Origin: Gemmatimonas sp. | GTDB lineage: Bacteria > Gemmatimonadota > Gemmatimonadetes > Gemmatimonadales > Gemmatimonadaceae | Direction: 5' to 3' | NCBI GenBank assembly: GCA_011390935.1 | Contig: JAABRL010000005.1 | Span: 27,915-91,914, forward strand | DNA: 64,000 bases | In this document: positions 53,550-64,000 of the stretch, in pieces | Position numbering within the stretch: position 1 is the stretch's first letter | Layout of the letters: each line of letters begins with the position of its first letter | Made by a program: the position numbers and the translations under genes | Notes under the pieces: model-generated | Databases searched by the model: none | The model's input: the letters and a program-made list of their open reading frames with translations, nothing else | What the model was told of the DNA's origin: nothing

Positions 53550-55454
53550 TCAGGTGCGCTCCGTGCGCGTGCCGAACACGCCGCGTGCCATCAAACCCTC
53601 GAGGGCCAGCGCCAGCAGCGCCAGCAGCACGAGCGGCCACACGATCGACCGTCCGCCGGCCCGATCGTAGACGGCACCTGCCACGGATTCCGGCGCGCTG
53701 ACCAGCAACGGTCGCCCTCCGGCGACCGCATCCTGCCATACCGCCTCCCCTCGCCCCTGCACGTTCGACTCCTCCGTCTCCGGATTGACCACGAGGGCTC
53801 CGACCGTGCGCGCGGCGCGACGGAGCAGATACACGCCCGGCTCGCCGGGCACGACGAGATCAACGCTGCTCGTGGTCGTGGTGGTGCCGTCGGGACCGAT
53901 CAGCGCATCGAGCTCGATGGGCAGCGTGAGCGTGTCACCGGGAGCTGCGGCCCACACCGCGCCCTCGTCGCTGAGGCGCAGCGTGAGCAGGTCTCGCAAC
54001 CATGGCACGAATCCCGCCTGCACCGGCGCGTTGGTGGCCGACAGCGTGAGCGGCGATGCGACGAGTACGTACCCGGTGCCGGCCACGACCCACGGCAACC
54101 CGCCGGCGGTTGCCAGCACGCGACCGGAGTCCGCCGCGCCCGTGGCGGAGACGCGTGTGAGCCGGTAGCGCAGCGTCACGGAGGCACCGGCCAGCGAGGG
54201 AGGTTCGGCGGCCCCCGCTGCGGTCGTCCCCGCGACAGCGAGTTCTCGCACGGCGACGGTATCTCGGAGCGGTGCGCCGAAGCGCCATGGGATACCCGCC
54301 CGTTCCAGCGCCCGGTTGGCTGCGATCACCTGCAGCGGATCGTCGGGGGCAACGCGGACGGCAGGTGCCGGCGCGTCCTCGGCGGCGCTCGTCACCACGA
54401 CGGGCGTGCGATCGGCCGCGGTGGCGCGACGCAGGCGGCTGTCATCGACCAGCGCCTCGACCGCCACGCCGGTAAACGGACCGGCCGACCGACGCACGGC
54501 CACCGCCGGTGGCGGCGCCGCCCGAACCGCGAAGTGTCGCACGTCGTCGCCGGGGTATTCGTCGGCCTCGAGTTCGACGCGCCCGGCGAGCCAGCCGGTG
54601 TCCACCGCCTGCGCCGCCACGTCAACGCGAACCGGCGTCGCAAAGGGTGCGGCACCGGCGGTGCCACGGGCCAGCGTGCGCCCGCCCAGCAGCACTCGCC
54701 AGGCCAGCGAGTCCGGGCCACTCAAGTGGAGGGTGAGACGTCCGCTCGGCACCCAGCGTGTGGGCTCGACGGTCACGAGTTGCACTGCTCGGTTCGGTGG
54801 TGTGCTCACCGTCGGCACGTGCACCACGAGTGCGGCATCATCCAGCGACAGCGCCCCGGGTTCCGCAGGAAGCGCGGAATGCTGACCATCGGTAAGCACC
54901 AGTATGACGGGGGTGCGGGGGCGTCCGGCATCGAGCAGCGTGCGGGCGCGCCGCACGGCCCCCGGCAGATCGCCGCGACCCGCCGCTGGCCCCTGTGCGT
55001 CGATCGCGGCCTGAAGCGCTCCGGCGTCGCCCGCGACCACCTGCCCCTGGCTGGTCACGAGCCATCCCCGATCGTCGGGCGTGAGCGAACCGGCGACGGA
55101 CCGCGCGGCCTCCTGCAAGCGCGCGAACACCGTTCGTCCGTCCACGACGGCGCGCGTACTCATCGACTGGTCGAGCACGATCGCCACGGCGATGGGCGGG
55201 TGCCCGGAGCCGACGAACCGTGCCATCGGCCGCGCCACCGCGGCCACGAGCGCGAGCACGGCCAGCAGGCGCAGCAACAGCAGCAATCGATTGCGGACGA
55301 GGCGCTCGCGATCGTGCTCCCGCTCTGTCTGGAGCAGAAACCGGACGGCCGGAAACTCCACCCGTCGCGTGACGCGACGGCGCAGCAGATGCACCAGCAA
55401 CGGCACACCGGCGAGCACGGCCAGTGACAGAAAGAACGGGGCGAGGAAGCTCAC
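53550..55454 (-). CDS. BatA-N (double-TM) / von Willebrand factor A domain membrane protein
   Basis: MSFLAPFFLSLAVLAGVPLLVHLLRRR aerotolerance-regulator-type N-terminus. MIDAS-like VLDQSMS. C-terminal TM. The GTG start overlaps the DUF58 stop (GTGA). Confidence 0.7.
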   Translation of the reverse strand: MSFLAPFFLSLAVLAGVPLLVHLLRRRVTRRVEFPAVRFLLQTEREHDRERLVRNRLLLLLRLLAVLALVAAVARPMARFVGSGHPPIAVAIVLDQSMSTRAVVDGRTVFARLQEAARSVAGSLTPDDRGWLVTSQGQVVAGDAGALQAAIDAQGPAAGRGDLPGAVRRARTLLDAGRPRTPVILVLTDGQHSALPAEPGALSLDDAALVVHVPTVSTPPNRAVQLVTVEPTRWVPSGRLTLHLSGPDSLAWRVLLGGRTLARGTAGAAPFATPVRVDVAAQAVDTGWLAGRVELEADEYPGDDVRHFAVRAAPPPAVAVRRSAGPFTGVAVEALVDDSRLRRATAADRTPVVVTSAAEDAPAPAVRVAPDDPLQVIAANRALERAGIPWRFGAPLRDTVAVRELAVAGTTAAGAAEPPSLAGASVTLRYRLTRVSATGAADSGRVLATAGGLPWVVAGTGYVLVASPLTLSATNAPVQAGFVPWLRDLLTLRLSDEGAVWAAAPGDTLTLPIELDALIGPDGTTTTTSSVDLVVPGEPGVYLLRRAARTVGALVVNPETEESNVQGRGEAVWQDAVAGGRPLLVSAPESVAGAVYDRAGGRSIVWPLVLLALLALALEGLMARGVFGTRTERT

Positions 55455-56365
55455 GCGATCGGCATTGGGCCGCGACCGGACGCCCGCACCAGCGCCCGCA
55501 GCGGCAGACCGAAGGGGTCGTCCGTCATGGCCAGCGCGTAGCGCGCGCCCAGCTGCAGCACGCCGTCACGCCATGTGGCCAGCGCCTGCTGCACGGTGTC
55601 CTGATACTCCGCGCGAATCTCGCTGGGCGTAGCGGGCACCGCGGCGCCCGATTCCGGATCGGTGAAGAGTGCCTCGGCTCCGTCAGGAAAGTCGCGTTCG
55701 TGCGGGTCGAGCACTTGCAGTACCAGCACCTCGTGCCCGCGCGCCCGCAGCGTGCGCAGCTGTTCAAGCACCGGCTCCGGCTCTACCAACAGATCGGACA
55801 CCAGCACGATGAATCCCGGGCGGCGCGTGAGGTGCGCCGCCTGCCCGAGTGCGGCCACCAGATCGGTGCCCGTGCCACCACCCGGTTCGGCGAGCGCGGC
55901 GGCGAGGCGCCACCACTGGCCGGAGCGCGACGACGGTGGCACGACGGAGCGCACGCTCGTGTCGGCCCGCACCAGCCCCACCGCGTCCCGCTGGCGCAGG
56001 AAGAGCAGTCCCAGCGCGCCCAGCAGCCGCTCGGCGTACGCGAGCTTGGTGAGCCGCGACGGCGCGCCGGTCCACTGCATGGAGGCGCTGACGTCGAGCA
56101 CGAGCATGGCGCGCGTGTTGGTTTCTTCTTCAAACTGCTTGACGACCCAGCGATCGGCGCGCGCCGCGATGCGCCAGTCGAGGTAGCGCAGATCATCGCC
56201 GGGTTGATAGGGCCGATGCTCCGCGAACTCCACCGAAAACCCCTTGCGGGGTGAACGATGGAGCCCGGTGAGAAATCCATCGACGACCCAGCGCGCGACC
56301 ATTTCGAGGTGGCCGAGCGCGCTGAGCGCTGCAGGATCGAGCAGGTCGGCGCGGGGGGTGGACAT
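55451..56365 (-). CDS. DUF58 (vWA-like, MoxR-associated family) protein
   Basis: FAEHRPYQPGDDLRYLDWR...VKQFEEETN...LVLDVSASM is the DUF58 signature. Trimmed to the ATG at 56365. Confidence 0.85.
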   Translation of the reverse strand: MSTPRADLLDPAALSALGHLEMVARWVVDGFLTGLHRSPRKGFSVEFAEHRPYQPGDDLRYLDWRIAARADRWVVKQFEEETNTRAMLVLDVSASMQWTGAPSRLTKLAYAERLLGALGLLFLRQRDAVGLVRADTSVRSVVPPSSRSGQWWRLAAALAEPGGGTGTDLVAALGQAAHLTRRPGFIVLVSDLLVEPEPVLEQLRTLRARGHEVLVLQVLDPHERDFPDGAEALFTDPESGAAVPATPSEIRAEYQDTVQQALATWRDGVLQLGARYALAMTDDPFGLPLRALVRASGRGPMPIA

Positions 56366-56495
56366 GAAGACGGGAATAGTGGCCTGCGAACGCGCCGTCT
56401 CCAAGGGCTGCGGAACATTGGCGTGACGAACGTGTATCGGAGTACGTTTGTGAGGTAGACCACTTTCCTCGATCTTCCTGCCCGAGGGCTGCCCG

Positions 56496-57959
56496 ATGAC
56501 TCCTCGTTTTGCCAGTCGGTTCGTGCGCCCCTCGGCGCTGCTCGCCGCTGCGGCGCTGCTGCTCGCGCCGCCGGTGTCGGCGCAGGACGCGTTGCCTCGT
56601 GCCGAGGTCCGCCAGGTCATGGGTGGCGGCACGTTCGCGTTCAGCGGGACCGGGCGCATCAGGCTCGATCGCGATGCGTTTCTCGTGGTCTTCGAACTCG
56701 GGGCGGATGGCCGGGCGCGCGTGCTGTACCCCATGACGCCGCGCGATCGTGGGTTCGCCCGCGCGGATCGTGCGTTCTACGTCCCGCTCCCCAGCGCCGA
56801 CGTGCCGTTTGTTCGGTCGTCGCAGGTGTTCGTGCCGGTCATCGTGGCCTTCGCCTCCGACCTGCAGCCGGATCTGTCGAAGTTCACCGAATCCGGGCGG
56901 CGCTGGGATTATCAGTACGCTTCGAATGGCAATGAGCCGATCGAGAGTACCCTGCGTGGGTTGGCCGAACTCCTGTACGGCGACGCAGATATGCCCTACT
57001 CGGTGGCGACACGGGAGCTGTCGCCGGTACTCTCCAACTTCGCCCAGCGCAGCCTGACCTCGTGCGGCTATCAGTATGGCGGAGGCTTCTCGTCCAACTT
57101 CAACCGCTTCCTGTGGGATCTGTGGGGGCCGATTTCGCTGCTCGATGCAAGCTGGCGGCTCGATCAGATCTATCGCGAGATCCAGTGGAGCCAGTGGAGT
57201 TATGGTGGCTGGGGCAATGTCTTCGGCCCGCAGAACTTCGCGTTTGCCCGCTCCACCTCGGGGGCGCTCTGGGATCAGTTCGGGGCGAACTGCGATCCGC
57301 TCGGTCGCGACTTCCGCTACATCGCTCTGGTGCCACCCACGCAGTGGGTGCCGCAGCAGCCCGGCCCTGATTCGGAGGGCACGGCCCCGCCGCCGCTCGA
57401 TCGCCCGGGGACACGGCCTCCCGGCACGGTCACGGATGTTGGCATCGAGCTGGCACCGGCCGAGGACATGCGGCGGCGCGCCGCAAGCGTTGCGCGTCAG
57501 GGAGCCGCGCTCACGAACAGTCGTGAGCTTGAAGCGCGCGGTCCGCTCACGCGGGAAACCACGCGCGATCTGGTCCAGCGTCAGGAAATCGAGCGCACGA
57601 TCTTCCTGCTCACCGCCCAGCGGGCGGCGGGTTGGTCTGGCTCCGTGAACGATGCCTTCGAGCGCGTGCGCGCTGGGCAGTTCGACAACGACATGAACCG
57701 GGTTGCCGCCCGGAACGGGTCGTACCGGTCGTGGACGCGTGCGTCCGGCAGTAGCGGTGGCTCCACCAGTCTCCGTCCGGGCGGTGGGTCGGGCAGCTAC
57801 TCCCCCGGCTCGTCTGTGAGCGGGGGCGGCAGCGGCAGCGGCGGCGGCGGTTCGAGTGTCGGCTCCGGCAGCTCGGGCGGCGGCAGCGAGGCGCGCGGCG
57901 GAGGCGCCGCACGCGGCGGTAGTGGTCGCGGCGGTACGGGTCGTCCTGGCGGCCGTTAA
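56496..57959 (+). CDS. Secreted DUF4384-like protein with Gly/Ser/Arg-rich C-terminal tail
   Basis: Signal peptide ...AAALLLAPPVSAQD. FLVVFELGADGRARVLYP resembles DUF4384. The last approximately 70 aa are GGS/GSG/RGG low complexity. Confidence 0.6.
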   Translation: MTPRFASRFVRPSALLAAAALLLAPPVSAQDALPRAEVRQVMGGGTFAFSGTGRIRLDRDAFLVVFELGADGRARVLYPMTPRDRGFARADRAFYVPLPSADVPFVRSSQVFVPVIVAFASDLQPDLSKFTESGRRWDYQYASNGNEPIESTLRGLAELLYGDADMPYSVATRELSPVLSNFAQRSLTSCGYQYGGGFSSNFNRFLWDLWGPISLLDASWRLDQIYREIQWSQWSYGGWGNVFGPQNFAFARSTSGALWDQFGANCDPLGRDFRYIALVPPTQWVPQQPGPDSEGTAPPPLDRPGTRPPGTVTDVGIELAPAEDMRRRAASVARQGAALTNSRELEARGPLTRETTRDLVQRQEIERTIFLLTAQRAAGWSGSVNDAFERVRAGQFDNDMNRVAARNGSYRSWTRASGSSGGSTSLRPGGGSGSYSPGSSVSGGGSGSGGGGSSVGSGSSGGGSEARGGGAARGGSGRGGTGRPGGR

Positions 57960-57988
57960 CGCGCGCGTTCGCCCACGTCGCCATCTTC

Positions 57989-58031
57989 GTGGCCCCATCT
58001 GCTTGGAACTGCAGGTGGGGCCACTAGTTTT
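57989..58031 (+). terminator. Rho-independent terminator
   Basis: 9-bp stem GTGGCCCCA / TGGGGCCAC (57989-57997 and 58016-58024) followed by TAGTTTT. Begins 30 nt after the stop at 57959. Confidence 0.65.
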
Positions 58032-58123
58032 CCAAGGCTACGTTCGGTGCGGTGCGTCCGCCCGCGACCGAACAGCCAGTGGGGTGCTCCGGCTCCCGCT
58101 TTGTCCCACAGCGACACCCGTCC

Positions 58124-59920
<1,797 letters not shown>

Positions 59921-59935
59921 CCCGCTGTTGCCCGC

Positions 59936-60991
59936 GTGACGTCACTCGTCGTACAGACCTCCTTTCTCGGCGATATGGTGCTCACCACGCCGCTCCTCGA
60001 CCGTCTCGCGCGTCGAGGACCGGTGGATGTGGTGGCCACCCCGCAGTCCGCGCCCCTGCTTGCCGGCCACCCGGCCGTGCGCGACGTGATCGTGTACGAC
60101 AAGCGCGGCATGGCGAGCGGCATGCGCGGCCTCATGCGCACGGCGGCGAGCCTGCGCACGCGGGCCAACGGCGAGCCTCGCGGCGTGTCCGTCGCCTATC
60201 TCGCGCAGGGATCGTTTCGCAGCGCCACACTGGTGCGCCTCGCCGGCATCACGAATCGTGTGGGCTTCGAGACGTCGGCTGGACGGCGCCTGTACACCCG
60301 CGCGATTCCGTTCGATCGTTCGCTGCATCATGCGGAGCGGCTGTGGCAGCTGGCGTCGGTCGATGACGAGTCGCCCACGGGCCGACTGCACCCGCGGCTG
60401 TATCCCTCCCCCAACGATCACGCGGCGGCCGCCTCGCTGCTGGCGTCGGCGGGCGTGGCACCGGGCGCGCCGATGCTCGTGCTCGCCCCGGGCAGTGTGT
60501 GGACCACCAAGCGATGGCCGCACTTTCGCTCGCTCGCCATTGCGCTGGCCACCGACCCACGCACCTCACGCGCCCGCCTCGTGATTCTCGGCTCGGCCGC
60601 CGATTCCGGCATCGCCCGTACGATTGCCGACGGGCTGCAGTCGATCAGCGTGCCGCTCCCGATCGACGCGACCGGACGTCTGCCGCTGCTGGGGTCGGCC
60701 GCGTTGCTGCAACGGGCGGGCGCCATCGTCACCAACGACTCGCTGCCCCTACACCTGGCGTCGGCCGTGGGAACCCCCACCGTGGCGCTCTTCGGTCCGA
60801 CGGTTCCGTCAATGGGCTTCGGCCCGCTGGCGCCCACATCCGAAGCACTCGGTGTGGAGCGGCTCGAGTGCCGACCCTGCCACGCGCACGGCCCGAACGC
60901 GTGTCCGCTCGGCCACTGGCGGTGCATGGAAGAGTTGTCGGTCGCGCGCGTCATCGACGCCGTTGCCGATGTCATGCGCGTGACGCGCTGA
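59936..60991 (+). CDS. Glycosyltransferase family 9 (ADP-heptose:LPS heptosyltransferase-like)
   Basis: LVVQTSFLGDMVLTTPLL N-terminus, K.WP motif (TTKRWPHF), and NDSLPLHLASAVGTPTVALFGPT near the C-terminus. Confidence 0.8.
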   Translation: MTSLVVQTSFLGDMVLTTPLLDRLARRGPVDVVATPQSAPLLAGHPAVRDVIVYDKRGMASGMRGLMRTAASLRTRANGEPRGVSVAYLAQGSFRSATLVRLAGITNRVGFETSAGRRLYTRAIPFDRSLHHAERLWQLASVDDESPTGRLHPRLYPSPNDHAAAASLLASAGVAPGAPMLVLAPGSVWTTKRWPHFRSLAIALATDPRTSRARLVILGSAADSGIARTIADGLQSISVPLPIDATGRLPLLGSAALLQRAGAIVTNDSLPLHLASAVGTPTVALFGPTVPSMGFGPLAPTSEALGVERLECRPCHAHGPNACPLGHWRCMEELSVARVIDAVADVMRVTR

Positions 60992-61111
60992 CGCAGCCGC
61001 CCGCGGATCGTCGCGCCTGCTGCCAAGAGGCGCACGGCTGACTATCGTTCCCGGGACCGGCCGGCGTGTCGGCGTCCGCTCGCTCTCTCTCTCGTCTTAC
61101 GCCCCGTTCTC

Positions 61112-62110
61112 ATGTCGCACCCCTCCTACCTGCTCGGCGTCGATCTCGGTGGCACGAACATCGTCGTTGGCGCGATGCCGACCGACGGCAGCGCCATGTA
61201 TGCGGTCCGCACCGAACCCACGCGAGCCGACGAGGGCGCCGACGCCGTCACCGCGCGCATCGTGCGCATGGTGGAAGAAACGATCGCCGAGACGATCGCC
61301 GAGCGGGGCATCACGCGCGCCGACTTCGCCGGTGTGGGGATTGGCGCGCCGGGACCGCTCGACCGGGACACCGGCGTGGTGCTGATCACGCCGAATCTCG
61401 GCTGGACGAACTATCCACTGCGTGATCGGGTCTCCGATGCGCTCGGGCTGCCGGCCGCGCTCGACAACGACGCCAACTGTGCGACGCTGGGCGAATGGTG
61501 GATTGGCGCGGCGCGGGGCACGCGCCACGCGATCGGGCTCACCATCGGCACCGGCATCGGCGGGGGGCTGATTCTCGACGGGGCGCTGTATCACGGCGCG
61601 TCGGGCATTGCCGGTGAGCTGGGGCACACGTCCATCGATGCGAACGGGCGTCGCTGCAAGTGCGGCAACTACGGCTGTCTGGAAGCGTACGCGTCGGGGC
61701 CTGCGATCGCCGTTCGTGCACGCGAAGCCCTCGAGGGCGGCGAGACCTCCCTGCTGCCGTCGATGGTGGACGGCGATCTCGAACGCATCACCGCGCAGAC
61801 GGTGTACGACGCGTCGGAGCACGGCGATGCGGTGGCGCGCGGCGTCGTGCGCGATACGGCACAGTTTCTCGGCACCGGGATCGCGAACCTGCTGAACATC
61901 TTCAATCCCGAGGTCGTGGTCATTGCGGGCGGCGTGACGCAGGCCGGCGACGCACTGTTCGAGCCATTGCGCGCGGAGGTGCGGCGGCGCGCGTTTCGGC
62001 CGGCAGTGAACGTGTGCCGGATCGTGCCGGGCACGTTGCCGGGCACGGCGGGCGTGGCGGGTGCGATCGCCACGTTCACGGCGCAGCAGCAGGCGTCGAC
62101 ACGCGCGTGA
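61112..62110 (+). CDS. ROK-family glucokinase
   Basis: LLGVDLGGTNIVVGAM ATP-binding motif, ROK signature, and zinc motif GELGHTSIDANGRRCKCGNYGCLEAYASG. Confidence 0.85.
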   Translation: MSHPSYLLGVDLGGTNIVVGAMPTDGSAMYAVRTEPTRADEGADAVTARIVRMVEETIAETIAERGITRADFAGVGIGAPGPLDRDTGVVLITPNLGWTNYPLRDRVSDALGLPAALDNDANCATLGEWWIGAARGTRHAIGLTIGTGIGGGLILDGALYHGASGIAGELGHTSIDANGRRCKCGNYGCLEAYASGPAIAVRAREALEGGETSLLPSMVDGDLERITAQTVYDASEHGDAVARGVVRDTAQFLGTGIANLLNIFNPEVVVIAGGVTQAGDALFEPLRAEVRRRAFRPAVNVCRIVPGTLPGTAGVAGAIATFTAQQQASTRA

Positions 62111-63108
62111 AAAAGCGCGTTGGTGTGATCGGGTCGTTCGTGTGGGACGTGATTCACGGGCGTGATCGGCGCGTCGTGCCGGTCGAGGAGTGGGGCGGGA
62201 TCACCTACGCGCTGGCTGCACTCGACGCCGCGCTGAGCGATGAGTGGGAGATCGTGCCGCTGCTCAAGGTCGGCGACGATCTGGCGGAGCGCGCGCGCAC
62301 CTTCATTCAGTCGCTGCGACACATTGCGGCCGATGCCGCACTCGTGGCGGTGCCCTACCCCAACAATCGCGTGGAGCTGCGCTATCTCGACGCGGAGCGG
62401 CGCAGCGAGCACCTGAGCGGCGGCGTGCCGGGCTGGACATGGCTGGGACTCAAGCCGTTGCTCGACGCGGCCAATCTCGATGCGTTGTATGTGAACTTTC
62501 TGAGTGGGTGGGAGCTCGACCTCGAAACCGCGCAGCTGATCCGGCAGCACTTTCCGGGTCCGATCTACTGCGATCTGCACATGCTGGTGATGGCCGTGCA
62601 GCCCGATGGCTTGCGCGTGCCGCGTCCCCTGCCCGACGTGGCGGCCTGGTGCGGCTGCTTCGACCTGCTGCAGGTCAATGAGGACGAGGTGGCCATGATG
62701 GCCCCTGACCCGATGATGCTGTCGGCCACCGCCATGGCGGCCGGTGTGTCGTGTCTGTGCGTCACCCTCGGCAAGCAGGGTGCGATCTACGTGGCCGCGC
62801 CCGGCTTCGACTCGCTGCACGATCTGCCGGCGCGTGGCGGGCTCTCCACGTCACCGCGCGGCGGCGGTGGAGCCCTGGGGGCGGTGCGCACGGCACGCCT
62901 GCCGGCGGTGCCCGCGCAGGTGCATGGTGACGGTGATCCCACCGGCTGCGGCGATGTGTGGGGGGCCACCTGTTTCTCACGCCTGCTCTCCGGTGATAAG
63001 TTGGAAGATGCCATGACGACGGCGTCGCGCGCAGCGTCGCGGAACGTCGAACACCGCGGCGCCACCGGATTGGCGTCCTACCTTCGGGGAGAGCTGCACA
63101 CCTCGTGA
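62107..63108 (+). CDS. PfkB-family carbohydrate/nucleoside kinase
   Basis: The GTG at 62107 overlaps the glucokinase TGA (GTGA). The C-terminal DPTGCGDVWGA matches the PfkB DTxGAGD catalytic motif. Confidence 0.75.
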   Translation: MKKRVGVIGSFVWDVIHGRDRRVVPVEEWGGITYALAALDAALSDEWEIVPLLKVGDDLAERARTFIQSLRHIAADAALVAVPYPNNRVELRYLDAERRSEHLSGGVPGWTWLGLKPLLDAANLDALYVNFLSGWELDLETAQLIRQHFPGPIYCDLHMLVMAVQPDGLRVPRPLPDVAAWCGCFDLLQVNEDEVAMMAPDPMMLSATAMAAGVSCLCVTLGKQGAIYVAAPGFDSLHDLPARGGLSTSPRGGGGALGAVRTARLPAVPAQVHGDGDPTGCGDVWGATCFSRLLSGDKLEDAMTTASRAASRNVEHRGATGLASYLRGELHTS

Positions 63109-64000
63109 CGACCGTGATCAGCGTGCCGCCATCGTTGGATGAGCAGTCGTTCGAGCAGGTCATCGAGCAGCTTGCCCCGCTGCCGCCCGAGCAGAAGGTG
63201 CTCTTCGATGCGCGCCATGCACGCTGGGCGTCTCCCTACGGGCTCACGGCGCTGCTCTGCGCCGCACAGTCACGCAGCGAGAAGCCGTCCTTCGCGGTGC
63301 CGGAGCACCCCGACACGGCCTCGTACTGGGCGCGCACCGGCTTCTTCCGCCATGCGGCCGAGCTCTTCGAGTTGCATGGCACCGTGCCGAGGCAGCGCGA
63401 AGGCCACGACTCCGATGTGCTGCTGGAGATCACGCCGGTCACGCAGAGCGACGATGTGCACGCCGTGGTGGGGCGCATTCAGCAGAAGGCCGCCGAGATT
63501 CTCCATGGCCAACTGCATCTCGAGACGGCGGCCACGATGGGCTTCGGCATGACGCTCAGCGAGGCGTGTCAGAACATCGTGGAGCACGCTGGGCAGGGCG
63601 GCTGGGTCGCAGTGCAGACCTATGCGTTCCGCAAGCGTCTGGGGCGGCGCGTGGTCGTGATTGCCGTGTGTGATGCGGGAGTGGGGTTTCGCTCATCCCT
63701 CGAGAGTTCGCCGGGACATCGGCACGATGATCGGTGGGGCGATTCGCGGGCGCTCGAATCGGCCGTGGTACACGCCGTAAGTCGATTCCGGCACGGAGAC
63801 GCGGGACGCGGGCAGGGATTGGCGGGCATTCGTCGGTACATCGCGCGATGGGACGGCAAACTCAGCGTGCGCAGCGGCACCGCGCGCATCGCGCTGATTC
63901 CGACGTGGGATGAAGACGATCCGATGCGCGAGTCGCTGCCCTCGTTCCCGGGAGCGCAGGTGCAGATCATGATCCCGGAGCGGTTGGCCGGCGATCCCAA
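63105..64000 (+). CDS. GHKL (HATPase_c)-type ATP-binding protein with STAS-like N-terminal region, RsbW/SpoIIAB-like (3'-partial)
   Basis: Not in the ORF track because it has no stop in the window. My manual translation from the GTG at 63105 (GTGA overlap with the PfkB stop) is open to nt 64000. N box EACQNIVEHAG, G1 VCDAGVGF, G2 GRGQGLAGI. Confidence 0.6.
   Translation, partial: MTTVISVPPSLDEQSFEQVIEQLAPLPPEQKVLFDARHARWASPYGLTALLCAAQSRSEKPSFAVPEHPDTASYWARTGFFRHAAELFELHGTVPRQREGHDSDVLLEITPVTQSDDVHAVVGRIQQKAAEILHGQLHLETAATMGFGMTLSEACQNIVEHAGQGGWVAVQTYAFRKRLGRRVVVIAVCDAGVGFRSSLESSPGHRHDDRWGDSRALESAVVHAVSRFRHGDAGRGQGLAGIRRYIARWDGKLSVRSGTARIALIPTWDEDDPMRESLPSFPGAQVQIMIPERLAGDP

Noticed and set aside
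48266-55427. Long plus-strand ORFs antisense to the PPIase, mfd and BatA-like genes (48266-50155, 629 aa; 50303-53134, 943 aa; 53475-55427, 650 aa).
   Set aside because: Same GC-driven shadow-ORF pattern. The opposite strand encodes Mfd and other clearly recognisable proteins.
61083-61092. (CT)5 dinucleotide tract just upstream of the glucokinase start; considered as a phase-variable repeat.
   Set aside because: Five units is too short for efficient slippage, and the tract lies in the untranslated leader. It is more likely just a pyrimidine-rich, SD-less leader.

Overview
By eye this is a very GC-rich (about 70%) chromosomal segment of a Gram-negative bacterium. The gene content (CarboxypepD_reg TonB receptors, BatA/DUF58, GHL10) is compatible with a Gemmatimonadota/FCB-like organism, but that is a low-confidence inference. 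I support about 55 protein genes and one tRNA-Ile(GAT). I see no rRNA, CRISPR array, transposase, integrase or phage genes. Housekeeping genes are infA, typA, lepA, mfd, pdxA, two SurA/parvulin PPIases, a pilT-like ATPase, an LPS heptosyltransferase and a ROK glucokinase. The dominant structure is an approximately 21-kb run of 18 minus-strand genes (27.5 kb down to 6.4 kb), many joined by ATGA/GTGA start-stop overlaps. Its upstream half is my best candidate for an undescribed system. It is a LacI-headed operon encoding a catalytically altered KAS III-like enzyme, an acs/yjcH/actP-like ligase-membrane protein-symporter triad, a MaoC hydratase, a TonB-dependent receptor, a secreted PHB-depolymerase-family esterase, a second CoA ligase, a V4R-like ligand-binding protein and acetoacetyl-CoA synthetase. 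It looks like a TonB-receptor utilisation locus for an ester or hydroxy-acid substrate rather than a carbohydrate. It runs directly into a phhA-hppD-hmgA-aminotransferase Phe/Tyr catabolic block. Secondary items:
- three GCGTCACA motifs spaced exactly 32 nt apart, plus a GTCAC-N3-GTGAC palindrome, upstream of pilT; the same palindrome type recurs upstream of phhA
- a 118-aa hyper-acidic protein next to the tRNA
- an exported CbiX-fold protein behind a Fur-like box
- a bacterial deoxyhypusine-synthase homologue
- a CDF transporter lacking its cytoplasmic domain
- a GTGA-coupled glucokinase / PfkB kinase / GHKL-ATPase trio that runs off the 3' edge.
The many long antisense ORFs in the track are GC-driven shadow ORFs. 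All functional calls rest on motif recognition by eye; no database search was run.
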